IMG/VR virus record: IMGVR_UViG_3300020445_001222
Coordinates: 1 to 57,441 of that record
DNA from: a virus
Taxonomy: Duplodnaviria > Caudoviricetes
Reading direction: 5' to 3' (one strand)
Length of the DNA stretch: 57,441 bases
Part shown: in pieces, positions 41,181 to 48,107 of the stretch
Numbering within the stretch: position 1 is the first letter of the stretch
How the letters are laid out: each line of letters starts with the position of its first letter
Notes under the pieces: generated by a model
The model's input: only the letters and a program-made list of their open reading frames with translations
Databases searched by the model: none
Told to the model about the DNA's origin: nothing
Position numbers and translations under genes: made by a program

Positions 41181-41369
41181 TTACGAATTGACCCTAGGTG
41201 GGTCAACCTTACAGTCGCCCGATGCAATCCCCAAAAGGACTTTATCAGATAACGAATCAAATGCCTTAAAATCGAAATCAGGTGGCAGACCTTGATCGAC
41301 AAAATATGCGATGATGTCTGTTAGACACTCATCCTCAGAGGATGAAAAAGAGTAATTGAATTTTGGCAT
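41181..41369 (-). CDS. Hypothetical early protein
   Basis: 62 aa; TGATG coupling; stop inside palindrome. Confidence 0.65.
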   Translation of the reverse strand: MPKFNYSFSSSEDECLTDIIAYFVDQGLPPDFDFKAFDSLSDKVLLGIASGDCKVDPPRVNS

Positions 41370-41524
41370 CAGTTCAACTCCTCGAATCTTTCAAGAGCAA
41401 ATTCTTCTGCCAATGAATTCAGAGTTTCAACGGATTCCTGAAGTCCAATTTGACTTGCTTGTAAATCTGCAAGCATCTCATCAAAAAAATCCTCTTTGAT
41501 GATTTCATTTTCTAGGCAACTCAT
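41369..41524 (-). CDS. Small highly acidic protein (51 aa)
   Basis: MSCLENEIIKEDFFDEMLADLQ...EEFALERFEELN; AAGGAG RBS. Confidence 0.7.
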   Translation of the reverse strand: MSCLENEIIKEDFFDEMLADLQASQIGLQESVETLNSLAEEFALERFEELN

Positions 41525-41644
41525 TCAGAACTCCTTTGGTGTACTTTTAAATTATAGTCCCCCAACCCTACGAATTGGGGGTTTAGTGGACAGTCTGGAA
41601 ACTGTCCATGGGCAGCTGGAATTTTTTACAATTCCAGTTTATAA

Positions 41645-42157
41645 TCATAAGTATCCTGCGAACTCCATTCCTGGTTCATCATAGAACCATTGAATTGAAA
41701 CCCTATCATATTTCTCTTTCAATTCTGCTGCAATCTCTTCGGGTGGACTCCATGCAGTATCAAAATGAATTACGCAGTAATCTTCATCATCATCCCCCCA
41801 TTCTATATGATCTCTGTGTACATCCCATTTAGTTCCCCAATTTTCAACTTGCCAATTATACCATCTATCATCATGAACACCAGTTGATTCAAATACTAAA
41901 GTCTTACTTTCAATCGGGTTCCCATTTGGGTGGAAGTACTGTTTTTCAACTGGTAATTCTCCAACTTCGCCACGCTTGCGTCCTAAGTATTCAAGATCTT
42001 CTTCACTTAAAGGTAGGTTCTTCCAATCGGGTGGTGGGAGAATCTTTTGAAAAATATTGTCTGATAGGAACAATTCCTTGATTTCTTTAAGTTGTTCTAG
42101 TGCCTCTTCGCTATCTTGACAGGAAAAGGTTACTCTATTGCTGCACCAATTTGGCAT
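41645..42157 (-). CDS. DUF1281/YubB-like ferredoxin-fold protein
   Basis: MPNWCSNRV, WYNWQVENWGTKWD, FDTAWSPP, YDEPGMEFAG; GGAGG RBS supports start 42157. Confidence 0.8.
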   Translation of the reverse strand: MPNWCSNRVTFSCQDSEEALEQLKEIKELFLSDNIFQKILPPPDWKNLPLSEEDLEYLGRKRGEVGELPVEKQYFHPNGNPIESKTLVFESTGVHDDRWYNWQVENWGTKWDVHRDHIEWGDDDEDYCVIHFDTAWSPPEEIAAELKEKYDRVSIQWFYDEPGMEFAGYL

Positions 42158-42393
42158 TAGTTTAACCTCCAATCAATTTTTAGATGATCATCATCATGGC
42201 AACGATCTAATGCATCTAGGTCTTCATTGCCATCTTCATCATAACAAGCAAAGACGAACTCTTCGCAGAAATACTCAACAGAGATGCCACCTAGTCGTTC
42301 ACATGCCCTGAGTATGTCACCAATTTCATCATTGGAGAGTTCAAGGTCATCAATGCAGAATGCAATGTCTTTTTCAAGTTGTTCAGTACTCAT
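42157..42393 (-). CDS. Small highly acidic protein
   Basis: 78 aa, D/E-rich; GGAGG RBS; ISVEYFCEEF motif. Confidence 0.75.
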   Translation of the reverse strand: MSTEQLEKDIAFCIDDLELSNDEIGDILRACERLGGISVEYFCEEFVFACYDEDGNEDLDALDRCHDDDHLKIDWRLN

Positions 42394-42474
42394 GATCCTC
42401 CTTGATTGTGTACATTCTTATTATAAGGGTAAAAGGGGGTCATGTAACCCCCTAGTGGACACTTTGGTTACTGT

Positions 42475-42945
42475 CTATCTTAGGTAAAGATATCCTCCTG
42501 CCCAATCTACGAAATTTGGATCTAGTAACTTACGTAGATCTGTTGGTTCGCAGAATGAGAATCTAACGTATTTTGTGTGTGGTGCCCTCCATGATGCGGG
42601 TTTGTATACGTTACCTAGGACAGATTTCTCTTTTCCTACGAACGAATGAACAGACCCATCGCGCCACTCATTCCTATCTCGGAAGGTGTCGAATTCTTGT
42701 TGTATGATCTTATAATACTTTCTTCCCACTTCAAAGCGGAACTTCATTAGGTTAGCAGTCCCGTTTGCAATTTCGTCTAATTGCTGCTGTGCAAAACTTT
42801 TCTCTATATCCCCACGCTCTTGATCAAGATTTCTTTCCAAGCACCTTTTATGGTAGTTCAGATAGTTTTGAGTAATGGCATTGCAGTAATCCTTTACGTA
42901 CTCCAAAAGGAAGTTTTGGTCTGTAGTTTCAGTGAGAAGAGTCAT
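42475..42945 (-). CDS. Conserved phage early hypothetical protein
   Basis: GRKYYKI, GSVHSFV, YKPASWRAP; start placed at ATG 42945, downstream of the promoter. Confidence 0.8.
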   Translation of the reverse strand: MTLLTETTDQNFLLEYVKDYCNAITQNYLNYHKRCLERNLDQERGDIEKSFAQQQLDEIANGTANLMKFRFEVGRKYYKIIQQEFDTFRDRNEWRDGSVHSFVGKEKSVLGNVYKPASWRAPHTKYVRFSFCEPTDLRKLLDPNFVDWAGGYLYLR

Positions 42946-43016
42946 GGGTGTGTTTGTTAACTTAGTTTTATTATAAGCGCGGTAGTTTAAATCCGCACTG
43001 AGTTGTATGCCAGTTT

Positions 43017-43223
43017 CTAATCTGTCCCTTCCCAACCCGTTACATTTTTTACTATCGTATCATATGATGTAATCTCATTATTATCTGCCACTCTATTCTC
43101 TTCCTCTTCAGTCTCGCACGGTACCGAGAAATTTACCTCAAACTCATCAGTGTAATCTTTGTAGTTGGTAATTTCCACAGGGCACTGGTCTAACCATTCC
43201 TGAAATTGCTCATATTTGGTCAT
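43017..43223 (-). CDS. Small acidic protein
   Basis: 68 aa; ATGA overlap; stop inside palindrome. Confidence 0.7.
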   Translation of the reverse strand: MTKYEQFQEWLDQCPVEITNYKDYTDEFEVNFSVPCETEEEENRVADNNEITSYDTIVKNVTGWEGTD

Positions 43224-43366
43224 GGTGAAATAATCTCCTCATAAAGATCATCAAATTCCTGAGAGTCCCAACCCTTGGCATCGGGCACGTCCATCTCATA
43301 TGCAAACCCAACTAGTTCAACAAGCATTTCTAATTGGGAATCGGTGAAGGTCTTAATGTGTTTCAT
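43220..43366 (-). CDS. Small acidic protein (48 aa)
   Basis: MKHIKTFTDSQLEMLVELVGFAYEMDVPDAKGWDSQEFDDLYEEIISP. Confidence 0.7.
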   Translation of the reverse strand: MKHIKTFTDSQLEMLVELVGFAYEMDVPDAKGWDSQEFDDLYEEIISP

Positions 43367-43417
43367 AATTCCATTGTATACTAAAAATCCCCCTTGAAGG
43401 GGGATTATGGGACACTT

Positions 43418-43672
43418 CTAGAAGTGGACTAATGCAGACTTCCAATATTGAAAGTCGGTTGTTGCTTTCATCTCATTGAACATTGACTGGACCTCAGAGT
43501 AATCAGCATCACCCCATTTAACCCCGTCGCCAGTTACTGGACACCCACACCCGATCATGTCATTCATGAAATCTTGAAATCCCGCAGATGCAAGGGCAAG
43601 GTTGTAAAGGGTCTCATCATTCTGAATCCAGAGAGAAACGTTCCAGGTCTCGTAGTTTTTCCAACCGTTCAT
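43418..43672 (-). CDS. Conserved phage early hypothetical protein
   Basis: NGWKNYETWNVSLWIQNDE motif; stop inside palindrome. Confidence 0.8.
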   Translation of the reverse strand: MNGWKNYETWNVSLWIQNDETLYNLALASAGFQDFMNDMIGCGCPVTGDGVKWGDADYSEVQSMFNEMKATTDFQYWKSALVHF

Positions 43673-43773
43673 GATGAATCCCGTAGAGTGTGATGTGTGG
43701 AAGTCCTTCCACTTCTTTATAATACCAATAAAAAACCCCCTGTGGGGGTTTAGTGGACAGTTTCTCAGGTGGT

Positions 43774-44043
43774 CTACCTGATATCAAAATGATTTACCCT
43801 GTCTTGTTGGGATGCATACTCATACCCATAGATCTCCATCAGATAATCACGGACCCTTTCTCTGTCGAGACTGTCGCCATTGCCCCATGTCATCCCAGGG
43901 AATCTAGTGTCTGGATTTTCCAAATCATCAAGATACTTGAGTGTGGCAAATGCTATCTCTTCCTTGCTGCATCCAAAATCATACAGACCACCTGCCCCAT
44001 AGAATGAGAACACGTAATCAACGAATTCCTGAAAGTTGTGCAT
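43774..44043 (-). CDS. Hypothetical early protein
   Basis: MHNFQEFVDYVFSFYG...GDSLDRERVRD; start set downstream of promoter. Confidence 0.75.
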   Translation of the reverse strand: MHNFQEFVDYVFSFYGAGGLYDFGCSKEEIAFATLKYLDDLENPDTRFPGMTWGNGDSLDRERVRDYLMEIYGYEYASQQDRVNHFDIR

Positions 44044-44191
44044 AGAGATTTGTGTATCTAGAACCAATATAGCAAATCCTCCAACGAATGGGACAAATTT
44101 GTGCCAGTTTGATCTTTGGCACATCTAGATCATCGATTGCATGCTGCGCAGCTGCGATTGTTGTAATTCTTATTATATTCTATCTCTTTTT

Positions 44192-44249
44192 CATCCAATT
44201 CTCGTACTGGCACACTCGCTGTTGCCCTTTTCTAGTATCATGATATAAT
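44192..44249 (+). promoter_or_regulatory. Inverted copy of the array promoter
   Basis: CCAATTCTCGTACTGGCACA, 29 nt, then TATAAT (44244-44249) with extended TG. Confidence 0.7.
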
Positions 44250-44282
44250 CTCGGTTAAACCCATACAAAGGTATGTATAATA

Positions 44283-44339
44283 TTCCAATTTTTAAAGTGT
44301 CATAATGTGCCAGATACCTAGGTGCACATATGATATCAT
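44283..44339 (+). promoter_or_regulatory. Second inverted copy of the array promoter
   Basis: CCAATTTTTAAAGTGTCATA, 29 nt, then TATCAT (44334-44339) with extended TG. Confidence 0.5.
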
Positions 44340-44539
44340 GTATACATGTAATCTAGATGCGACGTATCATATTATACATGCGCAGGCTCGTCGAGATGCA
44401 TGCAGTATATGTGCGCAGATATGTGCGCGTTCTCGTCGAGATGTACATACGTGACGCACATGGGCTCGTCGAGATTACATGTGTATATGCAGGCTCGCTC
44501 GACTAGATGCACGTATGTGTGCAAGCTCGTCGAGATTCA

Positions 44540-44707
44540 TCATGCATAATACTGTAATGAGAGCTCGTAGAAATCTTGAGAGTCTCGTCGAGAGTAATAT
44601 TCCTCGTCGAGATCATGTAAGTTATCGTGATTAGATCTAGAAGTCTCGTCGAGATCACCTTGAGTAGTATAGTCGAGATCGTACCAGTCGCAACAGTCGT
44701 CGTACAT
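44540..44707 (-). CDS. Acidic 55-aa peptide overlapping the repeats
   Basis: MYDDCCDWYDLDYTTQGDLDETS...; 16 D/E; sigma70-like promoter just upstream. Confidence 0.5.
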   Translation of the reverse strand: MYDDCCDWYDLDYTTQGDLDETSRSNHDNLHDLDEEYYSRRDSQDFYELSLQYYA

Positions 44708-44732
44708 AGTCGAGATGAATTAGAATACTTAT

Positions 44733-44761
44733 AGTATAGCAGGTTCTCGACTAGATTGCAA
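44733..44761 (-). promoter_or_regulatory. Sigma70-type promoter
   Basis: TTGCAA-17 nt-TATACT with extended TG; a repeat variant lies in the spacer. Confidence 0.6.
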
Positions 44762-44890
44762 GCTCTTCGAGAAAACTCATAGTAGTATATATGTACATAC
44801 CAGATCTTTGTGTTACAATTTAGTAACATTGTACTTATAAGATTACAAGTACTTTCCGATCCTGTGTGTTACGAAATCGCGACCCGTGGG

Positions 44891-44919
44891 TTGACAAACT
44901 CCGCGTCTCATGGTACGCT
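44891..44919 (+). promoter_or_regulatory. Sigma70-type promoter
   Basis: TTGACA-17 nt-TACGCT with extended TG. Confidence 0.55.
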
Positions 44920-45004
44920 CGCTAAGTCAACATAATATCTGAACATTAAATCATAATACTTTTTACCTTCTTTATGCACATATTATAACACACTATAAAC
45001 AATA

Positions 45005-45033
45005 TTGCAATGTACTTGTACTTATGGTATAAT
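45005..45033 (+). promoter_or_regulatory. Sigma70-type promoter for the plus-strand operon
   Basis: TTGCAA-17 nt-TATAAT with extended TG. Confidence 0.75.
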
Positions 45034-45126
45034 TAAAAGAACCAGTTATTTAGTCAGTTTACCAAAACCTATTCTCAATGTACTTGTACTTATAAAATAC
45101 TAATAAGTACAATCTATAAGTACAAT
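45008..45126. repeat. TGTACTT operator/iteron-like repeats
   Basis: CAATGTACTTGTACTTAT at 45008 and 45076; inverted ATAAGTACAAT at 45103 and 45116; further copy at 44828. Confidence 0.85.
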
Positions 45127-45195
45127 GATGGGTTCATCGGTAGAAGTTATTGGTATAACTGGGTTTTGCCCTTTTATTATGTGTTGCTCTCTAAG

Positions 45196-45714
45196 ATGAG
45201 AAAGCATAAAGTATTGAATGAAATAGAAGACTTAGAGGACTTCAGTGGTTATTCCATTGATACTGATGGAAACCTTTGGTCTCTTAAGTATAAGGTTCCT
45301 AAGTTAAGAAAACCTGTATGGTCTGGTAAAGATGAGTGTGCATATCTTACCTGTAGACTTAGAGATGATAACGGTAAAGCAAAGACTCTCTATATTCATA
45401 AGTTAGTTGCATTAGCATTTCTTCCTTGCGATGATCCTACCCGAAGGGTGATTCATAAAGATAAGAATCGAAGTAATAATCGCCTTGAGAATTTAGAGTG
45501 GGTTGCCAATATAAAAGAGAAGAAGAAAGCATTAGACTTTGTATTACAAGAAGAACTGGTAAATAAGATACAACGTATACATGTAGTTGCTCAAAAGAAA
45601 GGACTTCGTAATGTGTCGTCTGATTCATATCAGTTTACCACGAAGATGATCGAAGATGCTATTGAAGCATACATTAAAGAGTATGGACTACGTAAAATAG
45701 ATCGCAGTTTGTAA
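45196..45714 (+). CDS. NUMOD4/HNH-family protein with degenerate active site and extra C-terminal domain
   Basis: YSIDTDGNLWS, YIHKLVALAFL, VIHKDKNRSNNRLENLEWV; ATG 45196 preferred over TTG 45166. Confidence 0.85.
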   Translation: MRKHKVLNEIEDLEDFSGYSIDTDGNLWSLKYKVPKLRKPVWSGKDECAYLTCRLRDDNGKAKTLYIHKLVALAFLPCDDPTRRVIHKDKNRSNNRLENLEWVANIKEKKKALDFVLQEELVNKIQRIHVVAQKKGLRNVSSDSYQFTTKMIEDAIEAYIKEYGLRKIDRSL

Positions 45715-45736
45715 AACAAGATTGGTATAGAGACTT

Positions 45737-45831
45737 ATGATAGATACATCCCCAGAATCGATTAGAATATTTTTTATAATTGTATTGGCACTTGCAGGTT
45801 AATTGTCTTTAATACTCCGACTGAAGATTAA
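45737..45831 (+). pseudogene. Small membrane peptide with apparent 1-nt deletion
   Basis: MIDTSPESIRIFFIIVLALA then stop; shifted frame continues LIVFNTPTED* with TAATG overlap to next gene. Confidence 0.4.
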
Positions 45832-45977
45832 TGTCATTACAAGATTATATTAAGGAACCACGTAAGGATTGGAATGATAAGCAATGGTTACAACATGCCC
45901 ATATAATGGTTCATTCTCCTTGGATTACTAGTGCTGATAAGGAGTATTGGGCAGATATGATAAAGAGACTTACTTAG
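45831..45977 (+). CDS. Small Trp-rich hypothetical protein (48 aa)
   Basis: MSLQDYIKEPRKDWNDKQWLQHAHIMVHSPWITSADKEYWADMIKRLT. Confidence 0.65.
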   Translation: MSLQDYIKEPRKDWNDKQWLQHAHIMVHSPWITSADKEYWADMIKRLT

Positions 45978-46146
45978 TATCATATTATACAAAATTGCTC
46001 CCTTCAGAATCGCCTGTGAGGTGCTTGAAATTAGTTGCCCTTATGGTAGTAACCCCCTTATAAGACTTATATTAGACAAAAAAATTTCCTCGCGCCTCTC
46101 GATGGGGGAGAACCATAGAGAAGTGGGAAGAAGAGAAGATATAGAG

Positions 46147-46440
46147 TTAGGTTATAGAATATGAATATCCATCGAACCTCTCCATAATATTAAGCATCGT
46201 TTCTTTACCGTAGCAGATTATAGTATACTTTGGGTATGGGGGTTTTTCGCTTCCATTATGATCTTGATATGTAAAGGTATACTTTTCTTGATCTTGGCAC
46301 CAATAACAATCTGTTACAGTGCTATCTGTTTCAACCGTAACTGTACCATTAATCTCTTGGGGGATTTCTTCTTCAAGCTTTAAGGGTTTCATAGATTCTA
46401 CTAGGTGATCGACACAGGATGCGTATTCTGAATCATTCAT
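46147..46440 (-). CDS. Hypothetical protein
   Basis: Start moved to ATG 46440, coupled to the upstream stop. Confidence 0.65.
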   Translation of the reverse strand: MNDSEYASCVDHLVESMKPLKLEEEIPQEINGTVTVETDSTVTDCYWCQDQEKYTFTYQDHNGSEKPPYPKYTIICYGKETMLNIMERFDGYSYSIT

Positions 46441-46930
46441 ATTTAAGTGCGACTGTGAATCGGTGTTTGTTACGGAAAGCAGTTGCTCTGTGCAATATGG
46501 ATGCATCAAAGAAACATAATCGATTTGGTTCGGGTGCAACTGCATAGGACTTGTCGTTTACATAGAACTCTGTCTGTCCTAAGAAGTTAGGTGTCCACAT
46601 TTGTTGATGTGGATAGTATAGGAAGGTCATTCCTTGATCTGCATCTGTATGGAAGTATGGTACTTCATTCTGTGCGAACAGATTAACATACATTCTAACC
46701 AGACAAAGATCTGGCACAAGGGATTGAGTCTTCTCATAGAAAAAACGGTACATTAGTTCTGAAGATTTAATTTCAGCACTCATACCTGTAGGGGCTACAT
46801 CATTATCATCTTTTTCTCCAAAGGTGTAGTTTGCATGTTGGCAATACATCAAAACATTCTTTTGTTCTTCTGCAGTTAACCAATTGTCCCGTATATGAAT
46901 TGGAACATCCTTACCATAAACAAAATCCAT
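46433..46930 (-). CDS. 2OG-Fe(II) oxygenase
   Basis: FHTD, ILHRA, RFTVA facial triad plus Arg. Confidence 0.88.
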   Translation of the reverse strand: MDFVYGKDVPIHIRDNWLTAEEQKNVLMYCQHANYTFGEKDDNDVAPTGMSAEIKSSELMYRFFYEKTQSLVPDLCLVRMYVNLFAQNEVPYFHTDADQGMTFLYYPHQQMWTPNFLGQTEFYVNDKSYAVAPEPNRLCFFDASILHRATAFRNKHRFTVALKYE

Positions 46931-47538
46931 TACCTTGTTCCGTATGAAGTTACTGCGAAGTTAAATGAAATGGTAATACGTGGATTACCTGGTGTTGGTT
47001 TACTTGCCTTAACCTCATGCATTAAGTATGAAGGGAACATTAATAGGTCTCCTTCATTAATATCAGGAGAAATTGCTTCCTCATAATTATGGGAATCTAA
47101 CTCTAATGAATGAGATCTGGTAATTCCCATTGGATCTGTAAAGGTCAATGGACTGTGTACCTTCTTATCATAGCATAGAAAATGAACACATGCAAAATGA
47201 TTTGGATCTAAAGAATCGCCAATATGATTATGGGATTCTTGCCACTCCTCATCTTCATAACAATTATACCAACATTCATCGACCTCCAATTGAAACTTCT
47301 TATCAAAGAAAGTTTTAATTAGATCATGGTATTGTCTTTGTAGTTCTCCTTGAGATATGAAGAACCGATTAATATCGTCTCTCTCATGACTTGTCTTAAT
47401 TTTTGTTGTTAACCATCCTTCTGGTGGTGTTAACGTATTCTTTGTACTATTAATGAAAGGTAAAAGATCAGTCTTCAACCTTTCATTGTTCTCAACCTGT
47501 CCTTGATAATAAGATACAGGAAATATTGTATGTCGCAT
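46930..47538 (-). CDS. Putative 2OG-Fe(II) oxygenase (TIGR02466-like)
   Basis: QESHNH, FPSYLMHEV, RITISFN. Confidence 0.88.
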   Translation of the reverse strand: MRHTIFPVSYYQGQVENNERLKTDLLPFINSTKNTLTPPEGWLTTKIKTSHERDDINRFFISQGELQRQYHDLIKTFFDKKFQLEVDECWYNCYEDEEWQESHNHIGDSLDPNHFACVHFLCYDKKVHSPLTFTDPMGITRSHSLELDSHNYEEAISPDINEGDLLMFPSYLMHEVKASKPTPGNPRITISFNFAVTSYGTR

Positions 47539-47556
47539 TACTGTCCTCTATGTGTT

Positions 47557-47904
47557 TTAACTGTCGTTACCAGAAATGTTATCATACTCTGCATAATGAT
47601 CTGGTGCCTTTTTATCTCTCCTCTTGACAAACTTCAATTCATGCCAAGAAGCTTCACAACATAACAATAATGTATGAATATATTTGTGCGGATCATTATT
47701 AGCATGCACACAGGATGGTTTTCTTCTAATACCAGTTTCTATCGTAATATAACGTGGAACTGGATTCCATCCAAACTTAACTCTTTTCTCATTGTCTACT
47801 GGATCTCCTTTAAAATAGACCCAACCTTCATCCTTACCATACTCACCTCGATCCCAGATTACGTAGTCATCAACTTCTGGTTCGTATTGTATGTTATCAT
47901 CCAT
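47557..47904 (-). CDS. Hypothetical protein
   Basis: YEPEVDDYVIW, EGWVYFK, YITIETG. Confidence 0.75.
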   Translation of the reverse strand: MDDNIQYEPEVDDYVIWDRGEYGKDEGWVYFKGDPVDNEKRVKFGWNPVPRYITIETGIRRKPSCVHANNDPHKYIHTLLLCCEASWHELKFVKRRDKKAPDHYAEYDNISGNDS

Positions 47905-48107
47905 CAGTCGGGAACTGCTTTAAGGTCATTAGGATTGAATCCTTCATTCATCAATTGTTCTAATCTAACCTTACATTGTTCCTTAGTGAGTCCAGTACAA
48001 TTTGGCTCATCTATTTTAGTCCATCCCATTGTGGTTTCTTGGATGATCTGCCATGTTTTAATTGCTGCCATGTTATGAAAATCGAATTGGTGCGGTGCGG
48101 GTGTCAA
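47904..48107 (-). CDS. Small hypothetical protein; likely start at the MAAIK Met
   Basis: LTKEQCKVRLEQLMNEGFNPNDLK. Confidence 0.7.
   Translation of the reverse strand: MTPAPHQFDFHNMAAIKTWQIIQETTMGWTKIDEPNCTGLTKEQCKVRLEQLMNEGFNPNDLKAVPD

Larger units (their letters stand above)
37567..44122 (-). repeat. Dispersed array of about 15 promoter elements (palindrome, hairpin, -10 box)
   Basis: Palindromes begin near 37602, 38074, 38549, 38842, 39230, 39683, 40654, 40888, 41172, 41586, 42455, 43006, 43408, 43753, 44100; plus-strand consensus about GTG(G/C)(A/C)CA(G/C)TT-N4/5-AA(C/G)TG(T/G)C; minus-strand TATAAT-like box 28-29 nt away in the copies measured. Confidence 0.9.
44387..44771. repeat. 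CTCGTCGAG(AT) short-repeat array
   Basis: Exact copies at 44387, 44432, 44465, 44526, 44584, 44603, 44645; variants at 44498, 44669, 44706, 44746, 44763. Confidence 0.92.

Noticed and set aside
42946-43035. N-terminal extensions given by the ORF track (also 44044-44124, 46441-46545)
   Set aside because: They run through promoter elements or upstream genes; downstream ATGs are more plausible
37567-44122. Classical integron, or hairpins as plain terminators
   Set aside because: No integrase or GTTRRRY attC structure seen; several hairpins lack U-tracts and all sit at a fixed place between palindrome and -10 box
44387-44771. CRISPR array
   Set aside because: Repeat is only 9-11 bp, spacing is irregular, spacers are low-complexity and no cas genes are visible
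44503-44829. 108-aa minus-strand ORF across the repeats
   Set aside because: Spans the promoter at 44733-44761 and has repeat-derived composition; the 44540-44707 frame fits better
45196-45714. Intron-encoded or active homing endonuclease
   Set aside because: No interrupted gene or intron core flanks it, and catalytic residues look degenerate
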